Below, piece by piece: positions 37,350-50,953 of a stretch of DNA of 64,000 nucleotides. Numbering within the stretch: position 1 is the first letter of the stretch; each line of letters starts with the position of its first letter. The notes under the pieces were generated by a model, which saw nothing but the letters and a program-made list of their open reading frames with translations, was not told the origin of the DNA and searched no databases. A program made the position numbers and the translations under genes. Source of the stretch: Octopus sinensis (Eukaryota); the NCBI RefSeq assembly GCF_006345805.1, contig NC_042998.1:118668001-118732000 (forward strand). The letters are read 5' to 3'.

Positions 37350-37977
37350 GAACGTAGGAGTGTGTGTGAAGAACGTGTGGGTGTTTGGGAAGAATGCAGG
37401 ACGAGTCTGCGTTGAATTCCAGGTCGACAAATACAAATAATGAACGTACGTTTGAAAAATGATACTTTCCTATAGCATAGGGTAAGTACGTTGTGTTCAG
37501 GGTATGGTATTGATTCGTTGCCTGAAGTATATTCAAAACGTGCGTTTCATGTTGATATAAATTTGACCTCCTTCTCTCCTTTTCTTTTTTCATGATAATA
37601 CGTGCCACTGAAGCGTTTTCACTAGATTCGTATATCAAAATATTTTATGTTCCTGCTCATGGAGTTGGATGAATTCGGATGAACCTCGGACAGATCATAA
37701 CGCTATTTTGGATACGTTTTAACGAATAATCCTTTCATTTTTTTACAATTTAATTTCGTGTTTTTATTTATTTATCAGTAATATATATAAATAATTTCTT
37801 ATCGTTGAAAGCACAGGAAAAAAATTTTCCCTTAGTGACTTTAGTTGTACTATTATTCTCAAAGACTGTAACAAATATGATAAAATTGAATGACAGAAAA
37901 ATATATAGAAAATATTACTCGTTGTGTATTGTACCATAGATGATTCAGTTCTTTTAATGCCCGTAGTAGTAGTAGTA

Positions 37978-38012
<35 letters not shown>

Positions 38013-39031
38013 ATAGTAGTAGTAGTAGCTGTTGTTGTTATTGCTTGTGTTGTCGTTATTGCTGTTGCTGCTGTTTTGCCTTTGGTTGACACAGTTCTAT
38101 GATCGAGACCGTTCAGTCCATGACCGCCCCGTCTACTTCTCATAGTTATCTATTGCTGCCTTGTCTACTGTATCAGAATGTTATTATTCAATGGAAATTT
38201 GGCTACTACTTTTTGTAGGTCAAGTCACAAGTCAGTGGCTCTCTTATAGGCAAGCTCCATGCAGAATAGCTGAGAGTTGTAAAACAAAATTGAGCCACTA
38301 ACTCTACTTTTCCATATTTTGCCATATTTTTTGGCATATTTTACCATATACTTTGTCATATTTTTTGCCATATAAACGTGTATATTACTCCTCTTTAAAG
38401 CAAAAATCTTCTATTCTCATTCCGAATTATACTCTGAAGATGAAGCGACATTAAGTAACAAATTTTGAAGAATTTCATTTATCTTTAATAATTGTTTTAA
38501 TTTAAACTTTCAGAATAAATAGATTTTTATTAAAAAAATAACGTCAAGTTATATTCAAAATCGGCCTAATTTCGATAACATTTCTTCCTGATTGATTAGC
38601 AGCTTGCATTTTTCTTATGCCTTTCCATAAGAGAAGGAATTGATGACAGAAATTGCGATATAAGCACAATAGTGTTACTAATAGTTTCATGCTTTTCATA
38701 CACAATAATTTGGCAGATTTATATAACTTGCAATGTACCCACAAATGCTCAGGTACAGTGCATGTCGGGAGATGTACTTAAAACCAGGACTCTGGTCCCA
38801 TGAGTAAACGTGAGCAAAACAAAACGAGGAGAAAAATCGCGAAGAAGGTTGATGCAAAAAGTGGGACGAGAAGAAAGAAAAGACAAGTAAGAAAACTGTG
38901 ATCTTCATCTTCTTCGTAGAAATCATAATTAATCCAGCGAGAGAAGGATACAGTCTGTGAGATAGCTATTGAATCCGGAGCTGGAGGTGGCTTCCAGTTT
39001 GAGGCAACAACACAAGCAATAACAACATCAG

Positions 39032-39112
<81 letters not shown>

Positions 39113-39590
39113 TCAACAATTGAGATAGTTTGGTCAATTATTTAAAAATCTGATATCTATTTTGTAAGGCGAGTTAAAATTGTATATATTTTAAGTGTAC
39201 CGAAAATTAATTTTTAAATTGCATGGTATGGAGCAATTCTCAAAAATCGCCAGTAAGTTTAAAGGCCATATTTTTTTCTAACTTCATCGCATCTGTATCA
39301 AATCAACATGTATATATATATATATATATATATATAACGAGTGTTAAATAAGTGGTTGTTCTTTCCTAGGGTTAGTTAGCCAAGCGTACACCGGTTGAGC
39401 GCCATACTAAATAACGATACTGGGAATTCTACATGTGCATATGTACTAGTGCTTATCGTTGGCTCTCCGATAATTCGAACCTTTACACTCTTGAAATCAG
39501 TTTTCGCTATAAATTTTTTCATATAAGAGAAAAATGTTAACAATGTAAAGAAAATGGAAAATGTGTACACAGAATAATCAATACATTTAT

Positions 39591-42153
39591 AACAGTCAAC
39601 TCATGATGCCTTCGCGCGTTATGTTTTTAATTACTTACATTCATATTATGCGATTAAATTGCATTATGAATTTTAAAAATCAAAAACACCTTTGTCGAGG
39701 TAAGTGTTTACCAAAATAAGTTTTTTTTCCATACATCCTCAACAGATGGAGAGTTGATTCTAACTGAATTGTAGTCATGCATCTTGAATTACGTTCTAAA
39801 AATAGCCAGAGGCTGATTTTGACCACTGGACATGGGATAGGGATAGTTCAAAACCAAGTCATGTTAATATTCACCCTTTTAGTGGCGTAAAAAAGACAGC
39901 TTTTTTCACAAGCTGGTCATTTATCATTATCTCTAAAACACATTCCTCAATATAAGTTTATATACCTCCCATTACGACTTTGTACTAGTTATCATGTACA
40001 CAATATATTTAAAGGTTCTTATTTATTGGTAAAATATAAATCTAGGTATCTACATATTTGTTATCTTTTACTTATTCATTTTTGTTTATTCTTATTCTAA
40101 GGAGTTATATTAGTTGTTACTAATATAAATTATTTATTTAGATATATTACTTGATAGTTTAGGTTCGTACCTATACTTGTCTCTTTAATTAATAGTATAG
40201 ATGCATGACTCTTTTTTACAATGTACACAGTGCTTATTTTTATCCATATTTATTTAATTAAAAAAGAGGTATATTTAACTTTAGGAACTTAGGTATTATA
40301 TTATTCATACAGTAGTTATTTAGATTAAATTTATTTAAGTTCAATAAATACAAATATAAATATAAATTTCTATATAAATGTTTTAACCTTAGGAATAGAC
40401 AAAAATCCCTTTCCTTCTTATTAATATCATAATTTATTTAGATATCCTGAGTGTGTGGTTGTTACTTTCTGTTGATTCCTTTATGTTTCTTATCGCCACA
40501 TTCTCCCTCTTTGTTTCTCTCTCCTTTCTCTCTCACTTTCTCACTCTCTTACTCTTCCTTTCTCTCGGACTCTCCCTTGCTTTCTCTTACTCTCTATCTT
40601 TCTCTATCTATCTCTCTCCCATTTATAAAAAACAAAAGATCTTGAGTAAGTTGAGAAAGAAAATATTTTGAAAGATCAGTCTTAAATATCAGGCAGTGAC
40701 AACGGAAAGCACACTTGCCTTTTGTACGTGCCACTATTTGAGCGACTAAAAATAAGGAAAAAAGGATTTCTTTGTTAAATTTAGTACTTATTTGGGGAAT
40801 TTTTCGACGATTGACCACGCAAATGAAAGCTCTAAACACGGGCCACATGCAGGTGTAAATTTCTTTCAGAAAAAATGAAAACTGTAAACAATAAAAAATA
40901 AAAGGCAAGAAATAGTAAAAATGACATATTTTTTCAACTTCAAAAACCTTGCCTTAATTTTCAAAATTTTGAACCCATTTTCCGCGCTTAAATTACAAAT
41001 CCGCTCCCACTTTACCATGTTGAAAATTTGATTGAAATCGCGCAAAAGGTATCCCCCGAAATCTATATAATCCCCGGTTTCACAGCAAAGCATCCACTGT
41101 AAGCGCCTCAACACGTCTCCCAATCAATTTCTCACCTCAAGTTACCCCCTCCTGTAAATTTTAATCCCCTTCCAGTCCCATTTAGACCCCTTTTTACCTA
41201 AAAATCCAATTTGTATCAACGGTCGCCTTCTTCATTTTATAGATTAGATTAGATGCCAATCGCGCCAATCTGGAGGGGCTTAGAATCGATAAAATAATCA
41301 CTATTCTCACCATGGCAACTGCATCTTTCAAGATGGCGAGTTTTAACCTACTCAACACTCTGTCTCGTCATGCCTTCTATGCCTGTATCAATTTTCAGCT
41401 CGATCCGACCACTGGTCTGACGGCCAACCTCTGACGTAGCAAAATGTGCACGCAATTTTGACCCAAAGCCTCTTTATATATATAGATTGGTTGATTGTTT
41501 GGGTTCTTACAGTATTCGTCAATTTAATTAATAGTATAGAGGTACAACTCTTTGGTAGCATATACATCGTATTTAATTCTTTAACAGAAACTATTTAAAA
41601 ATAGTGAAAGTATATTTGACTTTAATAATTATTCCTATGTATGATTTATTATTCACTCAGTTTCTATTTAATTATATTTATTTATGCATACAATAAAAAC
41701 CTCTTTTCCTCTTATTGTTTAAAAATTTGTCTTTTGATGTACATTCGTATGTAACACCTTTTTCTCTATAAATATCCCTTAATGCACATCGATTCTCCTT
41801 GGTACAATCACAGGTTATATTTCTAGGAACAGCTTGTACAAAAAGCTGTCTTTTTGCGTCACCCTAAAGGGTGAATAGTAATATGAACTAGCTCTTCTGA
41901 ACTATGCCTATCCCATGTCCAGTGATCAGAATTAGTTTCTAGCTATTTTTAGAACGGAATCCAAGACGTAGAGACTAAAATTCAATTAGTATCAACTCTC
42001 CATCCGTTAAAGATATATGGAAAAAATTACTTCGATGAACTCTTGCCCTGGTGAAGGTTTTTTGTTTTTTAAATTCATAATGCAATTTAATTGCATTATA
42101 TGGATTTAAGTAATTAAAAGCGAAATGCGTATAGGCAACATGAATTGATTGTT
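39591..42153. repeat. Diverged 325-bp inverted repeat pair (39591-39915 and 41830-42153)
   Basis: tattcacccttttagtggcgtaaaaagacagcttttttcacaagctg versus the reverse complement of cagcttgtacaaaaagctgtctttttgcgtcaccctaaagggtgaata; match continues across the arms. Confidence 0.85.
40660..41486 (-). mobile_element. Non-autonomous Helitron-like element, 5' part; 3' end not found, lower boundary approximate
   Basis: A|TCTATATATATAAAG start at 41486 followed by ggtcggatcgagctgaaaattgatac, similar in layout to 51741. Confidence 0.55.
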
Positions 42154-42650
42154 ATTATAATAACTACATAGATTAACTATATAGATTATTCTTCATTTTC
42201 TTTGCATTATATATATATATATATATATATGATATTAGTTGAGTCTAAATATATTCTCTCACTCTATTTTATTTTAATCTGATCTATCAGATTATTAATA
42301 TTACTAATAAGTTTGTGATGTAATAATGAATGCGTTTGCAATACAGCGATAGGTGTTTGTCTATATTTCCCTTTTGCTTTTCCCTACATTTGTTGTTCAT
42401 ATATATTATTATAATTTTAGTATTCTGAAATAAATAATATAGACAGACAACAACGAGTAGGTGTATTTATGCCTTTATTAATTATGATGTTTTTGAAGTA
42501 TAACAATATTGATTATAAATATCTTAAAATGAAAGCTCAGATTTCGTTCTATTTATTGTTAATCTAAACCCAACTTCATAGCAGATAATTTTATTATAAA
42601 TTTTCCCAACAAATTACAACAGTTTAATTATATAGGTGCATTTAGAGTGT

Positions 42651-42695
<45 letters not shown>

Positions 42696-44919
42696 GTGTG
42701 TGTGCGTGTGTGCGTGTGTTTGTACATTAAAGGGTATATACGGAATTACCGGTTGAAGTGCAAAGTCTTCATTTTTGAAAATTCTTCTCTGTCTTGGAGA
42801 CAGCAAGTCAAAACAAGCAGCAATTATTAGCTACATTGAAGGTCGAAGGAAAATAATTTCAAGAAATAAAAATTAAATTCTTCAGTCAATTTTCATGCAA
42901 GTCATGAGGTAGCCTAATCCTTTCTGGAATCATAGGAGAAATATTTACATATTTCTGTCTAATCTGCAGCGTTAGTAGAATGCAGTCCCACCATGCTTGC
43001 AGAAAATATGTCTCATTCCCGATTCAAAATCTGGCAAATTTTTGCCGACTACTATTTGTATAATGCAAAATAAAAAGAGCTAAGAGAAATATATAAAAAA
43101 TGATAGAGACTTCATTCGAAGTGAGCGTTACTGAATGCCATACAGAATGAATTTGTTTTGTGCTTTTTTTTTAATTTGCCTGTGAATGAAATTTACTCAC
43201 AAGGAGAAATGTAGATAATTTCACTAAATTAAAAATGAATTTTCATGTGAATGTACAAGGTAGGAAAGCGACATAAAGTGCAATTTCAGGGATTTCAATA
43301 ATTAAATGAAAAAATGTTCATGTAGGATATTCTAGAATTAAGTTAATGTTAGGGAAAGAATCGTCAGATCTTTTGTGCCAGCAAAAGAGAATTATATGTA
43401 TTTCAGTGTTTTATATCTGCTTAGTCTTGCACAATTTTAATTCTTTTCTCCGTACTACGTGCATTCAGGTGAGAATTTGTTCTTGGTGAATTAAACCTAA
43501 TTCTCTTCGCATTGAGTAACTCACATGACATAAATTTCAATAGATTAAGATTTTATTGTGCATTTGACTGTTTCAGTACACTGCGCAGTAAATTACCCAT
43601 TTCTTGACAGCAGCTTCCTTGATTTGTTTCTCAAAGCATTTCTTTTACAACGTGCAAATACCCTATGGCATAAGTTTGCCAAACAGAAGAAAGAAACACT
43701 CAGGACATTTAAAAGGACTTATGTTATTAATAGCATTTTGACTCAGATCCGTACAACTTAAAATTGTGTAGGTTTGTAGAATGAACGCAACTTGTGCATA
43801 TAGAAAGTGTAACAGGACATGAGGCAATTCCAAGACGGCTTTTAGATATTAAGCCATTATTTACCAACTCAGTTATTCTGTTATTTTGCTCTGGAAGCGA
43901 CACCAATTATATTCTTTGTTCTTAGGTTCACGTGGTCTGAGATGTCGTCACAATCTGGAAGTTAGGGTATAGTTTATTTAGCAACATAAGTAGCATTTGG
44001 TGCTCCACATGGCAGGGGGAAATGTTGTCTATTGTTAGAGAAATACTAATGCGTAAAGGACAACAGACTTTCCTGGGAGTAACCAGTTTGGGTGCTGCTG
44101 TATTAAAATTTTATAGTACTACATTTGATTATCAGGATGGATGGAGCCATAGTCTATAGATGCTGCTGGAATTGAGCTATGCTCTTGTGTATGTGGCAGT
44201 AAGACGTCAGTTGGATACCTGGATTGTCAGCTGCTAGTGGATTGAAGTTCATCAGTAGGCCATACCTCTGGTGGCAACAAGAGAGTACATTCCTCCTGTT
44301 TGAGAGATACTGCAGTTTGGTAATTGCGAGTTCAATGTGATGATGGAGGGGTCCTATCAATGATACTCTATTTGATGTTGGGAACTTATTCCGATGGCCG
44401 TGAATTCTCTTCAAAAACGGAAAAGGGAGGTAAGCTTTCCCCTGTTTCTGCACCTGAAGAATTGCATATGTTTTGCATGCCTTCACATTCAAATCATTGC
44501 CTGTTATGCACCTTCAGTATCTATAATGCCATTGGCTGGTGTGATGGTTGCTTTATAACCTACAGCTTTTGAGAAACACGATCCTCCAAGTGATCAGTTG
44601 ATATGTTTTCGACCGCTACAGGTTGGGGGTATACTAGAGGCTGTTTAGATGTGTGCTAGCATCTATTGTAGCATGCGACGTTAAAAACGATGTTTTGTTA
44701 GAAGGAGTAACTGACTTTGGCGAAGTGGGGTTTGAAAAATTTATAATACTTATTTGTTCCAAGGAAATGTGCTATTGGTAGCTCATGAAAAATATATATT
44801 CTGTTCATTAAGCAATACATACATATATGTGTGGTGTGTATGTGTGTGTGCGTGCGCGCGTGCGTGTGTGTGTGTGTGTGTGTGTGTGCGTAGCTTTCAG
44901 CAGTGTTTTGAAATTGAGT

Positions 44920-44961
<42 letters not shown>

Positions 44962-45824
44962 TATATGTGTGTGTGTATATATATATATATACGTAGATAT
45001 ATGTATGTATAGGGATACATTTATGTAATTATATATATGCTTTATACATTATTCTTTTTCTCGTAGGTGTAGAGAATTAGAAGCGAACAAATAGACCTGA
45101 AACGTATGAATTATGTTGTATGTACATGGTCATGGAACTAGATACAGTAATTCTAGGCTTTGCCCTTTTACGATTCAATGCATAAATAAAGATAGAGCTG
45201 CTTTTACAGATCGGCTTAAGGTTGACAAAATAAGATAAGGATTTGCCGAAAACATTTAGTTATGAATTAGAGCCAAATATGTCGTATTACAAGATGTTAT
45301 ATAGAAAGTCTAATATATATATTTATATAAACGTATAGTTTACTTCTCATTTAAATTACCTAGATAATAAGGAATAAGGCAGGAAATCGTTGTGGTTACG
45401 TATCTGAGTCAAATGTAACTGCGCCTGATAATTATTGTTAGTTTATAATACAATATTAATTACCTACTGGAAATAGCGAATAAAAATGCGAATTTATGTG
45501 CGCATGCACGCTCACGTGTGATGCATGTGTACGTATTTATATATACATATATAAATATATATATGAAAATATATGCATACATATACAAGCAGATATACAC
45601 ACAGAGAGTAACAATGAAAGACTGAAAGTTATATATATATATATATATATATGCGTGTGTGTATGCGTGTGCGTGTGTACCTATGTATATATGTTACAGA
45701 CTAATTTTGGGAGGAAGAATTTCATCGGATTCATAAGATAAGACCTATGTTAAATCTGCAGGTGGTTAAGTCATGATATATTATGTATATATTAGAAAAG
45801 GAAACGAAATAGAAATATTGTTTG

Positions 45825-45874
<50 letters not shown>

Positions 45875-46839
45875 TGTGTGTGTGTGTGCGTGTGTGTGTG
45901 TGTGTATTAGCATGTGTGTACTGACACATTTGAAAAAGACGGACGCCAACTGAAACAATGAAACAAACATTATACGAACGGAAAATACAAGGTATGTAAA
46001 AATAAAATATAAGGTAGAATAAAGTTTTCAACCTTAGATGTGATTCTAAATTGCTGTTAGAACTTACTGGATGAGAATACACGATGAAATATCTAGATGC
46101 GTCAGTAAATATTATTGATTGTTCCAATTAGGAAATTAGTGTACATATGTACGGAAATTTTGAAAATCAAACGAATATTTCGAGAGGAATTGTTCAAACA
46201 CATTTTCTCTGGCAATGAATTATTAAAGAAATTTAATTCTATGTTATCAAAATATCTATCATATTTTGGAAGAACCTGCATGTTTCATGTTGTAATGTGT
46301 GTATGCTAATTATAAGGTAACACTTTTATCAAAAACTGTGACTATGAATAGAAGTTAAAAAGTTACATAAGGTCAATATGTTTAATCTGTTTATTTGTGG
46401 AAGCTAGTTATAAGTAAGTGGCTATTGCTGTGAAGGTTTGATTACATTTAGTAGGTGACAGGTAAAAATTAATACGTGTAAAAGTAGCATACAGCTAAAA
46501 AAATTTATTTTTAGTGTTCTAAACGTAAATCAGGAAAGTGTTAATTTTTTCTATACAATAGGAATATCCCATACCGAACGTTCGAGTTACTGGTCCAAGA
46601 TAAATAATTAACGATCAAGGTATGGATTTGTCAAGAAATGAATATATATTTAAACTTGTAATAACTGAAATATTCAGTTTGATAGACTTGGTTAACTAAA
46701 TTGGAGGTTATAAACAAAGCAACTTATTGCCGTGTGTTGAAACGAATGCATTTAGCGTCATAGCGACATAAATATAAAGTAAAACAAAAAAAAGAGTAGG
46801 AAACATTTTTCTTTGTAAATATAAGGACAAGACTTGACT

Positions 46840-46985
46840 TTTAGGAAGACAGGGTTGCTCGTCGATTATATCGACCGAAGTGTTTGGCTGGCATTTATTC
46901 CATTGACGTCGAAGGGAGGACAGGCGAGGTCGATCTTGCTGTAATTTTGGCAAAGAATGTAAAGCCGGAAGAAATGCCACTAAGG
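46840..46985 (-). mobile_element. Old SINE family 1 fragment
   Basis: Reverse complement resembles the family core (gatcgacctcgcctgtcctcccttcgacgtcaatggaataaatgccag...ggtcgatataatcgac); another fragment is at 58640-58715. Confidence 0.6.
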
Positions 46986-47280
46986 GAAGGCACGTGACTT
47001 ACTGCTTAGGGGGATTTTACTCAAATCCTATGGTCGTGAGTTCGATTCCCTGTTGAGCGTTTGGGCAACACACCTTATTTCACGTTGCTCCAGTTGACTC
47101 AGGCTGGCAAAAATGAGTAGTACCGATATTTCAGTGGCGAGCCTTGCCACATTTTGTGCCACGCTGAATCAGCCTGAGAACAACGTTAAGGGTACGCATA
47201 TCTGTGGTGTTAATTTCATGAGTAGGTTGTTAAGTTGACCGGATCAACTGAAACACTCGTGGCCGTAATCCATGGAGTTC
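46985..47280 (+). mobile_element. tRNA-derived SINE, family 3
   Basis: B-box ggtcgtGAGTTCGATTCC at ~47037, followed by ttgggcaacacaccttatttcacgttgctccagttgactcag. Confidence 0.65.
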
Positions 47281-47362
47281 CATCTAGATTATATATAGAC
47301 TACATCAGTTACATAATACATAAATACAAATACACAATGTAAATCAAGAGCCATATATAATA

Positions 47363-47400
<38 letters not shown>

Positions 47401-47405
47401 CATAT

Positions 47406-47443
<38 letters not shown>

Positions 47444-47445
<2 letters not shown>

Positions 47446-47803
47446 AGCAATTAAGGGTTTAGCAACGAATTGCCTTACCACACACCGAATTTAGAAATAG
47501 CAGTCAAAGAGATTATAGCTATTTCTTCTACTAAAAGGGAGATCACAGTAAAGGCACAGCATTTGAAAGGCAAACACAAACAGGCAAGAAAGAATGAATT
47601 AACGGCAATCTATCATACAGTTTTAAGTCACCTACGGACGTACGTTTCGAGATCAAGTCATAGGAAAGCGTAAGAATTAGATAACTCTACCTTACCCAGA
47701 CTTCTTCTTTCATCAGCGCAGGATACAAACAATCATGAATGATTGAATATTGAATTTTGAGATACTAGAAGGCACCAACTCAACTCAGTATCAGAGCGAG
47801 CTA
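47444..47803 (-). mobile_element. Solo diverged copy of family D repeat, flanked by (TA)n
   Basis: Reverse complement aligns with 31805-32170; terminal fragments also at 29968-30085. Confidence 0.9.
47631..47723 (-). ncRNA. Type-I hammerhead ribozyme, family D copy 3
   Basis: cctgcg CTGATGA [long stem II with aagtc/gactt] GAAA CGTACG TC cgtagg. Confidence 0.8.
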
Positions 47804-47814
47804 TATATATATAT

Positions 47815-48175
47815 AGGCGCAGGAGTGACTGTGTGGTAAGTAGCTTGCTAACCAACCACATGGCATCTTGAGCATGTGTCTTCTGCTATAGCCCCGGGCC
47901 GACCAATGCCTTGTGAGTGGATTTGGTAGACGGAAACTGAAAGAAGCCTGTCGTATATATGTATATATATGTGTGTGTGACTGTGTTTGTCCCCCTAGCA
48001 TTGCTTGACAACCGATGCTGGTGTGTTTACGTTCCCGTTACTTAGCGGTTCGGCAAAAGAGACCGATAGAATAAGTACTGGGCTTACAAAGAATAAGTCC
48101 TGGGTTCGAGTTGCTCGATTAAAGGCGGTGCTCCAGCATGGCCGCAGTCAAATGACTGAAACACGTAAAAATATA
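47815..48175 (+). mobile_element. SINE family 2 copy with a deletion in the head
   Basis: aggcgcaggagtgactgtgtggtaag...ggcggtgctccagcatggccgcagtcaaatgactgaaaca. Confidence 0.88.
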
Positions 48176-48255
48176 AAAAATAAAAATTAAAAAATATGTA
48201 TATATATATATATGTATATATAATATATATATATATATATATAAATGGACATACG

Positions 48256-48302
<47 letters not shown>

Positions 48303-48373
48303 AAATCAAAGAAGGAACATGCACATTCTTTACATAGTTTTCATACAATTTTTAACATATCTTGTATTGTGTT

Positions 48374-48406
48374 TGTTGACCGCTTTCGCTTTCGCTATTC
48401 ATGACA
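48374..48406 (-). ncRNA. Hammerhead-like motif, family F (A3-U8 core)
   Basis: tgtc ATGAATA gc-gaaa-gc GAAA GCG GTC aaca. Confidence 0.55.
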
Positions 48407-48571
48407 TGAAAATTTTTTAAATACGCATTTTCTTATGAATAGTATTTTTGTCCGTGTTGCGTGTGGGGTTTATGAATGAACAATTCAACAATTAGAAGAA
48501 TCTAAGGAGGTAATTGCTTATCGCTATTTTTGTGGACAGGGGAGATAATTGATCAGTTTCCGGCAGGGGGT

Positions 48572-48636
<65 letters not shown>

Positions 48637-50679
48637 CAAAAATTCAAAAACTAGAGTGGTGGGAAGAAATAGTTACAATGATGATTCTGTAATCGTGAAT
48701 TAAAATATGTTTAGAGATCACAGTTAATTATGCGTGTATATTTAGACGTGTTCTGCATGTTTCGATGAAAAAATTTTCTTTATTTAAGCATTCTTGTAAA
48801 GAAATTATCTCTTTGCACTGGTAGAAGGGGAAAACTGTGACATTTGGTTTGATGTTACCTACACATTTCTCTATGTGTTCACATAAGGGATTTGTCTGTA
48901 TTGCGGGAATCGGATCTGCTCTATATGTAGAGTGATTCTCCATCTCAATGTCATACCCGTCTGTCCTATATAGTGATGTCCACAACCCGAGCAGGTTCTC
49001 AAGGGCACTGGTGAAGTTAGTCTTAATTGTGAACCTTTCTCCTTGTGTGAAAAGGAAATCCGCACCTTCAAGTAGGTTGGGGCATGTTCCACAGTTTGGG
49101 CGTCCTCATTGTTTAACTGTTTGTTTCGTGGTTGTTGCGTAAAGCTTCGCATTTGTTAGAAGTCTCTTTGGCGATTTGAGTTGCTTTTTGCATTTGATGA
49201 GTTTATGCGATTTCAGGATGTTGTTTATTTTTGGGTCTCTAGTTAGTAATGGGAGAGTTTGCACAATAATGTTGTACGCTCATTGTTTCTAGGGCTGTGG
49301 GTGGATGTATATAGTAGTGTTTTGAGATGAGGTGTGGTGTTATGTTTTGTTGTCCTTAGTGTTTTTATGTCTAATTTCTTGGCACGCTTAATTACATCGC
49401 CTATAAGTGAGGGCAGTGGGTTTCACAGATTCAGCCAGCTATAATGGGCCTTAACGTTAAGTCTTCTAGCGCTTGGATGTTTATGTATTTGCCTGGTGAT
49501 TCTTTGCAGGCTTCATTAATTATCTTGCTCTTGCGCATTTTAGGTAGGCCGTAAAAAAGACTAGGTTTACATTTAAAGTTCGTGATGTTGTGTTTCTTTT
49601 TGTGTCAGGACTTTTCCATGTAGAAGTATTAAGGATGCAAGATTTTTTTTGTTTTTTGCTGTTTATAGTTTACAACTATTTCGTAGAAGGTATCGTTTTC
49701 TAGCATGAGTAATAGTATTCTGTGTCCATCAGAAGTACACCACTTCCTTTGTCTGCTTCTTTAATTGTCAGGACTTTGTCGTTTCAATTAGATTTTTCCA
49801 TTCTAGATTGTTGAGGTTTGAATTAATTTTTCGTTTATGGAAAGTATATGGGAAGCTTTGGATAAGGTCGCAGACGTCATCTAGTGTTTTATTCCTACCT
49901 TTATGTGGAAGGTAATTACTTCTGTTTTTAACCAATCACTCATTGTTGTAGTCAGTTATTGCTTCTGCGAGTCGTAGTTTTCTGCAGAATTCCGAAATAT
50001 TGTCTTTAGTTTTATTACGGTTAGATCTTCGGGGGCTGGAATAAACTTTAATCCTTTAGCTAGTATACTGATTTTTGTTGCAGATAGAGTTTTTGTTTAT
50101 ACATTTATTACTTTGGGGTTCTCCTGTAAATTTTGTTCCAAAGCGTGCCCCTGTTTCTTTCCACTCGGTCTAAAAATGTTTACTGTAATTTTGTTGGTGA
50201 AAGTTATTAGGATCATTATTTTTATTAATTAAATCAGTATTATTGTTGTTATTTATTATATCGGGAATTCCTGGAAGGTTGATTTTGCTATCTTGGCAAG
50301 CTGGTTGGAAGTAAGCAGTTCGTGTTTCTTCGTTGGAATAAATTGTTGAGGTCCTCAATTATGTTTGGGATGCTGGGGAGTTGGTTGTGCTATCTGGGTA
50401 AATAGGTTGAGAATCCCTAGGCTCAGTTTCCTCGTTGAAAGATAAAGGAAGTCTCTACGACGTGTCTAGTTGGTGGGGAGAAAACAATACTCCTAATCCT
50501 AGGTTGGTTTCTTTTAGCATTTCTTATTTGTGCAGGTAACATCAAAACAAATTTCAGTTTTCCCCTTCTACCAGTACAAAGATACAATTTCTTTACAAGA
50601 ACGTTTTAAAAAGACACCCATCACTGTATATACTTCTCCCATCACTTTGTAAAAAACATTTGTGTGTATACACACACAT

Positions 50680-50754
<75 letters not shown>

Positions 50755-50920
50755 CCCACTGCCGAAAACTGAACAATTATCTCCCGTGTCCACAATAATA
50801 GCGATGACCAATTATCTCCACTTACATTCTTCTAATTGTTGAGTCGTTCGTTCATAAACCCCACACGCAACATGGAGAAAAAACTCTTCATAAGAAAATA
50901 CGTATTTCAATAAATTTTAA

Positions 50921-50953
50921 TGTCATGAATAACGAAAGCGAAACCGGTCGACA
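50921..50953 (+). ncRNA. Hammerhead-like motif, family F (A3-U8 core); best-preserved copy
   Basis: tgtc ATGAATA ac-gaaa-gc GAAA CCG GTC gaca. Confidence 0.6.

Noticed and set aside
38799-38900. Short very basic ORF MSKREQNKTRRKIAKK...
   Set aside because: Only 33 codons in purine-rich low-complexity sequence, with no supporting signals.
41070-41110. GAAACCGG on the minus strand, resembling family F
   Set aside because: No core heptamer or stem I; similar isolated GAAAC hits near 51374 and 62368 were dropped for the same reason.
42727-43050. TTAA|AGGGTATATACGG as a Kolobok-type transposon end
   Set aside because: No matching opposite terminus was found, so it cannot be supported.
43900-44750. 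Higher-GC stretch as a LINE or zinc-finger remnant
   Set aside because: I could not find a diagnostic RT, endonuclease or complete finger motif in any frame.
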